Shown piece after piece: positions 1-11,800 of a DNA stretch of 64,000 nucleotides. The stretch's first letter is position 1; every line of letters starts with the position of its first letter. A model generated the notes under the pieces. The model was not told the origin of the DNA. It did no database searches and was given only the letters and a program-made list of their open reading frames with translations. Origin of the DNA: Halocafeteria seosinensis (Eukaryota); NCBI GenBank assembly GCA_001687465.1, contig LVLI01000194.1:248001-312000 (forward strand), written 5' to 3'. The position numbers and the translations under genes are program-made.

Positions 1-1642
1 AGTCGTGTGTTCAGCATCGGCAAGCTGCTCTTGTTCAGTGCTCAATAGAGGCAAAGAGCGCTGCTGCCACTCAGGAGTGCCTGTCTGGTACACCTCCCCA
101 GTTTTTCGGGCCTTCTTTAAGGGTCGCTCCTCATAATGGCGTCCCACACCTTCACTGCCAGAGCTCGATGTATCCTTGCCAGGAGAGTCTGGGCGGCTTC
201 GCGCAAGCACAGCTGTATTTTCGACACCATTCTGACCCTCAATATTCTTGCCTGCGTCGGAGTCTAGAAAATATTGTTTTTGGTAGCCGGTTGGGACGGT
301 TTTCGTAGACGAATCGGAGGCCCCGGAAGGCGCAAAAGGTGGAGTGTCCGAAGCACCGGCAGCAGCGGGACTGGTCATTCCCATAGACTGGGGCACCACC
401 GCCTCTTGTGAGTTAGAAGTACCAGGGTATTTGTCCGTAAGGAGGTGCATTTTGTTGTCTTGCTGCCGACTGTCCCTCGGTAGACTCGGACTGGAAAAAG
501 TCTGCGGACCAATATTCAGGTAATCTAGCATCCTGGTGAATTGTTCGGGAGACAGTATACCATCCGAGCAGAAAAGCTGGTTAACAACTTCCTGTTGTTT
601 CGCATCGTTCTCCGTATTATATGGCGGCTGTTGGAACGAAGCACCATTTTCATCCGGCAGCGATGCTCTAGTGGAATTCGCCAACTGGTTGGTCATTGAC
701 AGTGCTTTATACATTTCGTACATGATACCGACTAGTCGCTGCATTTTCGAGCGCATGTAGATTTGTCTAGCGCGACTCTTCTGCAGCTCCTCCCATAATT
801 GAGAATTTTCCCTTTGAACAGCTTCATCGTGGTGTTGAATATGTTCCAGCTCCTTTTCGAGATCCTTTTGTCGTTGTTTCAGGGCTACCATTTCGTCGAG
901 GAGGCTATCGACGCTTCGGCGACCATTTTGTAGAGATAAGGTCGGATCAAACGTTTCATGCTCAAACGAGCCACCTGCAGAGGGAATATCCGCCTCTTCG
1001 TGCTCAGGCTCCTCCGGAGCTTCCGTCTCATGAGCTCCCGTTTTCATGTTGGATGCCGACTTCCGTTTTATGTAGGTCAGTAAGTCTGGGCGGTCTTTTT
1101 TGAACAGTTTATGCATGAATTCCCTACAAGAGGGATCAGGAGAAACTTTATAAAACCCATACCTGCATTGCAAAGCGTCCCTATTGATAACAGAAGGATA
1201 CTAGCTGGCTCATGCGTGAGCCCAACTTACATATTCAGCTGCCTCACGAATGAAGCATAATTGGAGTGCTTGAAGAAGTTTGGGAGGACCTCCGTGGAAA
1301 ATCGAGTAACCTGCTAGAGAAAAGAATACGGTTCGGAATGATTGATAGCCCTATTTCCTTGCTTATCGGGAAAACATAGTACATTGCCCCTCCAATCAAT
1401 TGCCCCACTACCTCCTTCAACTACCGTGACCAGCTGGGTAACCTTGTCTTCTACCTATCCATGTATACCAGCACCGCACTTACTTTATCGATGACTATAC
1501 TGTGTCCATTTTTACCCCAGTAGACAATGTCCGAATATGCCGGCGTGTTGAGGATAGCATAAGTCTTTCGGAGAAAAGCTGGGACATTTTCAGGTACTCC
1601 GAAAGCGTCTTTTCGTCGCTTTTTTTTTGATACTGGGGGCAT
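1..1642 (-). CDS. HSF1: Heat shock transcription factor (HSF DNA-binding domain plus HR-A/B coiled coil); 3' end runs off the window
   Basis: Exon 1 reads ...VPAFLRKTYAILNTPAYSDIVYWGKNGHSIVIDK. Hand-spliced exons 2-3 read VTRFSTEVLPNFFKHSNYASFVRQLNM|YGFYKVSPDPSCREFMHKLFKKDRPDLLTYIKRK, the classic HSF signature. Introns are GT-AG and the frame appears open to position 1. Confidence 0.93.
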
Positions 1643-2069
1643 TATTGCTCACTTATGTACGTAAACCTGCCTCTATACCTCTCAGGTATATTCTGGAGAT
1701 CTTGCTCTTTGAGAACTGCCACTGAAACAGTGTGTCATCCACCTCACAGAGGCTTTCTCACCTTCAGGCTGGCAGCAAAGACCTAAAATAGGTGCTTCAA
1801 GAGCATTCACTCACACCGTTCGTTCGCACAAGAGCGTACCACAGGCATCGAGAAACACTTACAAAGCGACAAACATACACGTGAAAACCTTATGATACAA
1901 TAAAAAAGGAAGGAAGAGAGTGAGTCAGGAGCGGAAAGCGGGCCTCAACGCGTCACACGTGTTGTCTGAGACTTGTCTCCTATTTTTGTGAAGATGCGAC
2001 AAGGCTGCTACGGTTGTATGGATTGGTGCATGAGCGAAACTAAGGATTGGACTAGCTGTTGGGGGTAAA

Positions 2070-3866
2070 ATGGCTCAACGAACAGAAGGAGGAGAGAGTG
2101 GAGCTCCGGTTGAACACCAACGAGCTCCCGGTGACCTCTACGAGGAAGCGAGACAACTCATCGCAAAAGATGAAAAGAGGTTTTCGGGGAGTTCGCATCG
2201 GAGCTTCATTGATAAGGTCAATTCTCGCTTTATGGACTGGTGCCGAGATGTAGCGATCAGTGATTTGTCGCAAATCAAATGGCCAGTGGAGTTCCCTGAT
2301 ACAGGCCGAGGAGTGGCTGCCGCCCAGAAGATAGACCGTGATCAGCAAGTACTTAATATTCCTCGTTCCGTTGTCATAACGATAGACAAAGCAGAAAAGG
2401 CTCTCCGGCGCTCGGTTCCAGAAGAGACTTTCGAAGAGATGATAGAGAACGACGTTTGGATGCTCTCCGTCTTTTTGCTAGACGAGTATTTCAAATGTGG
2501 GCGAAAACCATGGCAGACTTGCCTTAGTGGGTCAGGTGACGGTGCTTCCACACTCGATGAAGACATCCTGGAGCCGACCAATCGCTCTTTCTGGTTCCAG
2601 TTTCTATGTGCGCTACCTCCACTGCATCATTTGAAGGATTTTCCCGAGCTGTGGTCAGAGCAAGAGTTAGACAACTGCCGGAATCCGGCTCTGAGGGATC
2701 AAGCTGAAAGAACGAGAGAGGAAACCGTTCAACAGTTTTATAAGACAGCTAGAAGGACGGAGTTATCGTTTGGGGATAACTTGGAGTGGGTAGACTTCCT
2801 GTGGATGACGTTATGCGTTAAGTCACGCGTATTCTTAGACTTGCTCGAAGACGATGACGAGGGTCTATTTTCAGGAGCCATGCACATGCTCCCTGTTTGT
2901 ATTGTTCCTTTGGCCGACATGTGAGTGATGGTTTATTGTGACAACCAAGCACTGGTTTAATATTTCGCCCTTGTTTTTCGTCCAGGTTAAACCATAATCA
3001 AACGAAGGAGAACTTGGAAGCCAGATGGGTAGAAGCAACATCGAAGGACGAACCGACCTACACGGTTGTTGCTTCTACAGGGATTGAGGAAAAAGAGGAG
3101 CTATGCTTAAGCTATGGGGTAGGCTTGTACAAATCCGTGTGCTATAGGGTGGCTTATAAGCTATTTCAATGTGTGCGTCGATTCATGATTACAGGAGGAA
3201 TCTGCGAGTTACTTTCTTGAGACCTACGGTTTCATAGATGAGGGGCAGAATGAACGCCTGGAGCACGCATCTGTTCGAATTCGGACTAGAACGCTGGAGG
3301 ACAACACACGGCAGTTTATTCAGGAGCAATTGCATACAGAGCTGTACCCAGGTCATGAGATAATATCGAAGGCATCTCCCTCCGACCGTCTGCTTATCAA
3401 TGTCCCAGTTTTTTCCAGCGTATCCGAATTCATTCACCAAACCCTGCCCATTATGAGGCTTATCGAACAAGAAGAGATCAGGAATTTAGATAATTCAGAG
3501 TGGACCCGTTCTCCTGTTGATACGAACATGGAACTAAAGTGTCTTCGATCACTCAGGACCGCAATTGACGACGTGATTTTAAATATCTCTAACCGTGGGC
3601 GCGCTGTTGTCAAATCGTATGTGAAGCGCATGAAGGAGATACTCACGCGCTATAAACAGCTAATTAACGACGTTGAAGAATTTACCCAATACATTCAGAG
3701 CGCATCCAAGCAAGTGGATTTCGTTGATGCTATTAAGACAGGCGGTATACGGAACTATCTCGGAACGGACATCACTACCAACTGGGTGGCCCTTGAAGGT
3801 CCAGAAGGGCGGGAGAGCTTGAACGGATATCTAATAAAGCTCTTTCAATGTTCACGGGTACAATAA
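2070..3866 (+). CDS. SET-domain protein lysine methyltransferase (Rubisco LSMT/SETD3/SETD6-like), 3 exons
   Basis: Motifs GRGVAA...IPRSVVIT, FLCALP, WMTLCVKSRVF, PLADM|LNHN and ELCLSYG|EESASYFLETYGF are joined in frame across introns at about 2921-2986 and 3119-3194. Confidence 0.88.
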
Positions 3867-4019
3867 TGGGGAATTCTTCTTTCTTGTCTAATCGAATAAC
3901 CTAAGTGATCTTCAATCTGCGAGTATCGAAATCAGTGATTTCATAGCCAGCCACTGTAGCAGGGTCGAGTAGTTGTGCAAAAAGGAATGTACATCGATGT
4001 GGAGTGCATCTTAATCGTT

Positions 4020-5852
4020 CTATGCATTGTTGAGCACTGATCTTCCCTTCGGAGTTGGGGAATGGGAACGTAACGAATTGTTGAGGAGAAACGTCCGGGG
4101 GCTCGCAGTCCCCCGATACGATGGCTTCTGACGCTTAGCATCCGGACCGCCAACACCATAACTTCCACGTTTAGACCCAACTGTCGAGTTGACGCCATCA
4201 TCTGCGTGACTGCCTAGAGTACATAACCCAGAAGCTGCCTTCATGATTGAGCCAACACTTTCTTCGCCGCTGGAAGACTCCTCGCCGTTCTTACTCTTAC
4301 CAACACCGCAAGACCTCATGGAGTCTTGCGAGTCTGCCTCCGAGTCCTCAGTACCGCTGGGATTCTTATCAGAGTTGCGGGCATTACGATGCTGGGAGGA
4401 GTATGTTGGCGAACTATTACCCCTAGATTGGTTTCCGCTAACACTGGCACCCCGTCGGGTTGGGTCTTCGGTTGCTTGTGTCTTGGAGTTGCTAGAAGAT
4501 TCGTTGGCCTCTTGTTGCCAAATTAACCTGCCAGGATTCTGCGTGGACGGCACTTTGAATGAGGTAGCTGCCTTATCTGAGTACTGATAATTGAGTAACG
4601 CCTCTGGAGTCAACTCGTGAGGTGCTCTTTGCGGTCCTACATAGAGTTCAGGAGGTTTTGTATTCCCCTGCGACCAGCAGAAGCTAGATGAGTCTCTTGT
4701 CAAGTGACCATGGGTACACATCGAAGGATACATAGTCTCTCCTTGCTTAGCTGTCGTCGAGAAATCAGTGTTATTCTCCCGTCGCGGTGATGGGACTGGC
4801 AATGGGTAGCGTTCCCAGGTGCATGAACACATTAGTGATGCATTGGCTCCCTCGTCTCGGACATACTGCAGTACAAGCGTGCATGAGTAGCATTGATAGA
4901 AAGCTGCCTGAGAGCAATCTATGGGATCATTCGCAGGTAATCTAATCCAACCGACTAGCATGCGCAATCTGTGATCCCGCGCACATGCTCGGATGACTTG
5001 GTGCAAAGCACCAATCGAAGCTGCACAGCCATATGTTTGAGTTCGATCATCCGCAGACAGGTTCATTTGGGGATTTTGATGCTCAACACCACCGGTCATA
5101 GACTTTGCCCCTTCATGTTGGTCGCTCGGGTCCGCTTCAATGAATGCCCCGCACACAGTCGGGTCGGGTTTGAGAAGTATCGCCTGAGCGTACTTGATTC
5201 CCGATTTATCAACCGGCGGATCGATGAGACGGAAGTCGCAACGCCAAAAGAGTTCTGGAAGATCCGCCGTATTGCTGCGGACGCGCTGCATCAAAATCCG
5301 CGCATCCACGGATGCAAACTGGATCTTGACTTTGGGGAATTCCTCCTGCTTTTTGCCATCTGGCGATTGCTTGACTGCCAACAACATACTACCATGCACA
5401 GGTTGATTATCTCCGTCACTGTTTGCCGCGTCTGTGCTGCTTGGAGACGAATTTGTACTCGCACCTGTAGCGGATTGAAGGGCGGAGCTAGCATCCGAGT
5501 GCGCTCTGTTCGATGCTAGCTGTTGCTGCAAGTTTTCGTTCTCTCCCTCAAGTCTTTCTATAGCACTGACCAAAGACTCCACAAATAGTTTTTTCCGAAT
5601 TCTACTCTTTTTGGCATTAACACGATTAATTTCCCTTCGGCGGGTAACCTTGTCAGATGCTGGCTTCTCATTCTGGCCACCGGAGTTGATACTGTTGGAT
5701 TTCAGTACCGTTGGAGACGAGCCATCCACATCGATTTGGCCTTCGTGATCGAACTGCTTTAGCTTGGCATGCGCGTCAGCCTCGGCTTGCTCGATGATTC
5801 TTTGTTGCCGCTGAGTGTGGCTATCATTAGAGGAGGCTGGGAACAGGTCCAT
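4020..5852 (-). CDS. bZIP transcription factor with a downstream degenerate PAS/LOV-like domain (aureochrome-like architecture), single exon
   Basis: Basic region plus zipper RRREINRVNAKKSRIRKKLFVESLVSAIERLEGENENLQQQL. The first true ATG is at 5852 (MDLFPASS). A PAS-like segment lies at about 4805-5240 (see findings). Confidence 0.85.
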   Translation of the reverse strand: MDLFPASSNDSHTQRQQRIIEQAEADAHAKLKQFDHEGQIDVDGSSPTVLKSNSINSGGQNEKPASDKVTRRREINRVNAKKSRIRKKLFVESLVSAIERLEGENENLQQQLASNRAHSDASSALQSATGASTNSSPSSTDAANSDGDNQPVHGSMLLAVKQSPDGKKQEEFPKVKIQFASVDARILMQRVRSNTADLPELFWRCDFRLIDPPVDKSGIKYAQAILLKPDPTVCGAFIEADPSDQHEGAKSMTGGVEHQNPQMNLSADDRTQTYGCAASIGALHQVIRACARDHRLRMLVGWIRLPANDPIDCSQAAFYQCYSCTLVLQYVRDEGANASLMCSCTWERYPLPVPSPRRENNTDFSTTAKQGETMYPSMCTHGHLTRDSSSFCWSQGNTKPPELYVGPQRAPHELTPEALLNYQYSDKAATSFKVPSTQNPGRLIWQQEANESSSNSKTQATEDPTRRGASVSGNQSRGNSSPTYSSQHRNARNSDKNPSGTEDSEADSQDSMRSCGVGKSKNGEESSSGEESVGSIMKAASGLCTLGSHADDGVNSTVGSKRGSYGVGGPDAKRQKPSYRGTASPRTFLLNNSLRSHSPTPKGRSVLNNA

Positions 5853-6092
5853 CGTTGGCAAAATGTTCTTCGCTTCGCCTCGCTTCGCTTCCGCCCTACT
5901 TCGCAAAACCTACGGCATGCCTACGTGTGGCATACACTTCCTGGAAAAATTTCAGTAAGAAAAATGGATGTGACAATCCTCGCAGAAGGAAAACGCCAGA
6001 AACATAGTGTTAAATTGGCCAACGCCAAACGTATACCCACCCATCACTGAACCCTTCACCTTTTTTGTCCCCTTGCAATTGCCCTTTTAGTG

Positions 6093-6144
6093 TGACGTCA
6101 AACACCGCTTGACGTTTCTGCCTCATTTGACAGCTCCTGCGTCA
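6093..6144. promoter_or_regulatory. Cluster of CRE/TGACG bZIP-binding sites upstream of the bZIP gene
   Basis: TGACGTCA palindrome at 6093-6100, TGACGT at 6110-6115 and TGCGTCA (= TGACGCA on the minus strand) at 6138-6144, about 240-290 nt upstream of the ATG. Confidence 0.45.
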
Positions 6145-7944
6145 GGGTACGAATGCCGAGTTTCTCGTCCCCCTTCCATCCATCAACTGCTATAGTCAAG
6201 AGGACAACTCTAGAGTCACAAGAATTCGGTACTTACGATTAGGCCTTCTCGAGCCACACTTGCGTTTGTTGTTTGCGGCGAAGAGAGCGCTACCTCAGCC
6301 GAAGTTGAGGTTTGGGAGGATATTCCAGAGCGTATGTGGGATAGCTGATGATGAAATTGAGGAACATATATCCCGATTATCGCTATATCTATTACGCAAC
6401 TATGCGTACAATACTATGGAATTGCCTGAACTAGGGTGGCCCACCCTAATGGGAGGCATTGTAGGGTGCAGAACACTCTTGCCGGATTGTTCTACGCTTT
6501 CGTCGAACAATTTCGGCTTTGCCTGACGTGGGATTGGATGTTTTCCCCGTTGAAGGAACCTGTGTATAGTTGGTAGAAGCCGTATATACGAAGCCGTTTC
6601 CGTTACTACCGTGGGGTAGCGAACACCTCATCGGTAGGGCCCGGTTTGACTCAGAAAAGGCAACGACTCACTGGTTGGCAGCGGAGCACTGCCTCAACTG
6701 AGCAGTTATCTTCGTTGCCGCTGCTTCAACAAGTTGCCTTCGTCTCCGCGTTATTAGTATCTTACGACACAAGTACCACTACCTGGACTTCACAGTGTAT
6801 ATCTGTTGTGCCCCTAGGACTTCGCGTTAGGAAAGTCCCCTTTGCAATGGCGCCCTCCATTAGAAAGGTACGCTGCTTCCTCGGATCCTGGGCTGTCCAT
6901 CCTTCTATCCAACAACATCCACGCATCAAGCGCATTCAAGAAGGCCCAGCAAAAAGCTATCCTTGCTTGGTGGCCCCATACATTTCCTCCCTCCACTGCT
7001 GTTAGCGCCCGAAAAGGCCGCCGTGGGCACGCTTTGAAACCTCAACAGGTGGCTGTACAGTGTATACTACAACCCGAGGCACTCATACACTAGAAGTACG
7101 AACTGTCTTACCTTGCTTTGTCCAGCAAGCACATAGAGTTCCCATGATCACATTTAGGATAGTCTTGCCCAATTTGTGGCGAAGGTTACAGTGAGGTCAT
7201 TGTACGGAGAAACCTGCCTTGTTTCTGTAGCGAAGTCTTACAATATCCTTTTGTATTAGCTTTTGTCTTGACGTCGTGCAATATATTGAACAGCTCCTGC
7301 CCCTTATCCGCGTCAATTACGTCAACGATGGTAGCGAAGTCGTCCGACAAATCCAGGGGCTTCCTCGCCACTCACCAAAATTTAGTACTCCACAACAAAA
7401 TCGTATGCTTTACCGTTGGGTCGACGCTTGGTGGTCCCCACCAACCTAAGAATACCTCCCACATTGAAGAGTATTGCATTCTTAAATCCTATACATGTAT
7501 AACGGTGTACTGCCGATTCGACGTCCTACCTGCGACCAGCACGGAGAGCTGGTCGCACTAGGAACGGTACGAGTCTTATGCGCCAATACATATGTCAGAA
7601 ATAATCTCACCAGTTAGTATTGGAAACTTTTAAACACAGCTCCCTTGTTACGTCTTCGATACATTGGATCAGGTGCGAACTGTCAAGATTTGCATTCGTC
7701 GCAAGTTGCAACACAGTAGATCCCCGAACGTACATCAACGGAAACTCGACACTGCATCGAAAACAGCTCGTTTCTGCTTTTGCAACATTATTTTCCTGGG
7801 GTTACTGGATATTTCTTGCTGTCTTGCCATAATAGTTTCCTCGGGGCCATACGGTGGGACACCAAATCAGACTCAGTCTTCCTAGTTTCTCCTCCACGCG
7901 CGTAAAATTCGACAATGTATACCACGAAGCGCTACAATGACAAA

Positions 7945-8798
7945 ATGGAAGCATTCGGGGGGAAATACCCCTGTATTGCTGTATCGGAAAAATATAAGGA
8001 CGTGAAAGGTGTGTAACCATGACGAGCAATTCATACTGTGCACCGCACACAGCTCTTGAACTTCTTGGTTCCACCCACGCGCAGAGCCACCTCCGGATAG
8101 ATGGAAAGGAAAACAGATCGAAGCCCAATACCCCAGGAAACCAGCGGCAAATCGTGATGGAACTTTTGATTACCTTGCTCTCCAGAGACTGGACGAATCC
8201 AGGAAACAGGGGACGAACCTTAAAGGAGGGTTTGTGCCTTGGTGTGATCCAGGTATGTTGTTTGGACCGGCACCGGTTCGGCCCAAGTTTTCATCCGAAT
8301 AAACTTTTAATATTGCAGCCAAACGAGAAAAGCTTCGTGACGTGTATGACGACAGCAATAGGTCTAAAGGCGAAGGTATTAAAAAAGGCTTCGGCACCGG
8401 CGCCCGGAATTCCCCGGACGAATTTACTAATCAGGTACGTTGCCTGCGTTGCACCCACTCGGCGGAACACAATGACTTCAGGTATTTTGTGCCTACAGAT
8501 ACGCACTGAGAGATACCGTGAGCTACTGAATAAGGAGTCAAAGCAGCTGAAGAAACCTGAGCTCCCCGAAGAACCAGAAGACGAGGAATCACAGAAGATT
8601 ATGGTTAGTAAAATGCTGTGTCAGGTAAAGCCTTGATGAATCATGTGAATGTGACTGACGTGTGCACAGCGCGAAAGCCTATGGAAGACCACTAACACTG
8701 AAATTGGGAGGGGAATTCAGGAATTACCGCTAGAAAAGCCGAAATATGGCTTGAATAGCTCTATCAAGCATTTCTATGACTTCGGTCACATCGACTAG
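7945..8798 (+). CDS. Small 5-exon protein not visible in the ORF track; weakly CFAP96/C4orf47-like (possible ciliary protein)
   Basis: Four canonical introns give one continuous frame: MEAFGGKYPCIAVSEKYKDVK|EPPPDRWKGKQIEAQYPRKPAANRDGTFDY...WCDP|AKREKLRDVYDD...KKGFGTGARNSPDEFTNQ|IRTERYRELLNKESKQL...|RESLWKTTNTEIG...IKHFYDFGHID*. The gene model is solid but the family assignment is tentative. Confidence 0.75.
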
Positions 8799-8867
8799 TT
8801 ATCTGTTGTACCCAGAAGCTGTTGTATACAACTCTGGGAGTAGTTTCGACGCATGAGGTGGATTAAC

Positions 8868-11800
8868 TCACGAGCCGAGGGTTGCCTCTAATTCCTTTTC
8901 AATAGCATTCCGCTTCGACGTCAGGGATCGCACTTTTTGAGAAATTTGACGATGCCTCTCTTTCAAATTTGACAAGCGAGAAGAGTACTCATCTATCTTT
9001 TGTATACGGTATTCAAAATCTTTAGCAAGTAAGTCCGAATGAGCAAAGCTTTGTTGAGACTTCTTCTGGTCAATCTCCTGGCGAATTTCATCTCTCTTGT
9101 GCTTCCCCTTCGCCAACTTGTCTCGCTGTTGCGTGACTTCCTCCTCCACACCGGCAAGCTCTTGCTTCAATCTATTCGCTTCTGATGCGACATACTGAAG
9201 TTTCTCCTTAACATGCGTAAGAACTTGGACAGTGCTCGTAGTCTTTTTCCGTAATTTGTGTAACTCCTCGTTTCGGTCCTCAATCTTTTCGTTCAAGGTT
9301 GAGTTCTCGATCTTTAGTTGTTCGAAATCTGGGGGCGGCGAATTGTACTGTTAAGCTCGCAGGGAACTTTATAGGGTTGCACGTTGAGACATACCTATTA
9401 AAGCCAGTCCATCCGCTAATTGTTCTTTCTCCTTCAACTGTTTTTCAAGTTTTTCCAACTGGTTCTTCAAATGAATATGCCGCACTCGAACGGTCTCTAC
9501 CTCCGAATCCTTCTCCGGTTCGTTCTTCTCGAGCTGCAGCCAATATACCATGTTACAATATCAGAAAAAACAAAGAAGAAAACTGAACCACATACCATTG
9601 TATCGATGAAGTTCCTTGGAATCCCCTTTCCTGTCTTGCTGTTCACCGCGCTCCTCGCAACAGACCGTTTCCAATGAAACAGCTTGTCCGCAATTTCTCG
9701 AGCCTGCTGATCCTTCACATCAAGTCGACCTTGAAGTTCGAGACTTTGCGAATCAAAAGTAGCTTGGGCTTCCGACATCTTCACCTGCTGCTTTGCAATG
9801 GATGAAAGTTGCTCCTCGTATTTACGCTCTTTTTCCGAGGCTGCCGTTGCAGCGGTGTCGTCAGTGCCACGCTCCTCGCCACCTGTGGTACCAGAGGACC
9901 GAATAGCCTCTTCGTCACTGGACTGTCTGATGGCAAAATAAGTTGCCAGCTTTTTCTGAAGACTGCATACACATGAAATGATTGATATAGGGTTCACTCA
10001 AGGGAAACCTTGAAAATAAAAGACCAGCGTATACTTACGTTTCATTTGAGGAATTCAGCGTTTCCAATCGCTCATCCAACTCGTTCATTTCAGAAATGAT
10101 TTTTAGCTTCCTAGAATATGTTTCCTGCTCACCGATATCCTCTCTCGGGGTTTCCTCCATCGAAGATCCACTTTTAAAGTCGGCAACGTCGTCACCTTCA
10201 GTAGTCTCCCCCTGTTTCATGACTTGGGTTCTGAACGCATGATTCTCTTTTTCGCAGTTCTCTATAACTTCAAGCTCACGTGTAAACAACAAAGCAAGTG
10301 TACAAGAGGAATATCCAAAATTAAATTCATACTTCTTCCAGGAATACCCTTCTGGTTTGCGAATCGGATTCGAGGATGTCTCAATGCCAAATGCGACATC
10401 GAAAACCGGCGAATGTGCGGATCTCTCGACTGCGAGAAAGCAACTGTTTTCCTTCGCAAATGACGCAGCATCGCTCTCAAAACCTTCCTGAAAAATCTCA
10501 CTGTCGACGATCAGAGGAGCCAAATTAACATGAATCAGCTCCCATGAGTCTCCTTTTTCCTCAACTTTTTCAAACGCAGTAGTTTCGTCGGAGAAGATGA
10601 TATCCACATCTGATATCGGAATACCATCACCACTGTTGGAGCTAGCAAGATTTATGTGCTTGTTCTTGCCATAAATGTGCGGTCCTATTGTGGGTATTTC
10701 TTCAAGTGGCGTGGTTTCAAGCCAGTTCCTGTCTAAAAGTACCGACTGGTTTCTGTATCCAGAGAATTCTTGTTCGAGCGAGGCGGAGGCCGGATATATA
10801 TCTTTCAACGAGTAGGCTAGACGAGTATCCTCTTCCTCCTCCTCTTCCGCGGAGACTGGGCCGTATCTAGACTCGCCATAGAACAAGTCAGTTTCTCCCT
10901 CGCCTATGTAATGTGGAAATTGCATACGTGAGCCTTTGAACATAACTATTCCACCCCGAGCCTTGTAAGTATTCCATCCCTCCCAATCAAGTCCCGGAAG
11001 AATCCATACAGCAATACTACCACAAACTTCAGACGAGGATTCACGATCTTTCGAATTGACGTGTGAGTACAAACTCTGTAGTTCTTTTGCAGTTTTGTCC
11101 GGAGCGTCTTGTTCATTTCGAGGTAAGTCTTGCTCACTCCCCGACGCTACAAAGTCAATATAGTACAGTCCGAGATCCGGAAGATGCAAAGGAACGCTGA
11201 ATTCGTCGTCCTGATGCTGAATGATTTGCCATGGGTAGACCATATCTTCTACTTCAACCATGCCACTGTCTCGCATCAGGGTTCCCGAATAGAAGGGATC
11301 GTACATGTAGGATAGTCCTAGCTCTACTACTCCTCTCGCCTCGGTGTCCGACGGTTCAAGCATGTGGTCTTTATCAAGTGGAAGTCCATTTACCGAATAC
11401 CCGGACTTCTTAAAACTCATGTGCTTCTTAACTACAGCGCTCGTAATTGTTCTTTCTCCACTCCTCACCCGCAAATTGTATGTCAACCTATTTGAGCGCA
11501 TGCAACCCACAAGGGAATTCACCTCGGCATCCTCAATGGGCTGGCCCCCACTTTCCTCTTCATCTTGTTCTGAAGCCGATAATTGTATGCTTTGGACATC
11601 GAACTGCCGTCTCCCAAAAGCTTCGACAACGCGTACATTGCAGTCAGATAGCTTGAAATAGCCCTCCGAACCTAACGGACGCTCGATAGAAATTCCGATA
11701 CCAACGAAATTAACCGAGGAGTCAGATAACCAGTGCTCGCGGAATTGTTCACATGTTAGGTTCTCGAAATCAAGTTCATCCGCTCCTGGGAGTCGGTAGG

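Noticed and set aside
4243..5519. Long antisense ORFs over the bZIP gene (and similar shadows over DDRGK1, U2AF2, the cNMP gene and DBF4)
   Set aside because: They have no recognisable motifs and are the expected by-products of codon bias on the coding strand.
8019..8636. 205-aa ORF in the track
   Set aside because: It reads through introns and is mostly out of frame with the spliced 7945-8798 gene.
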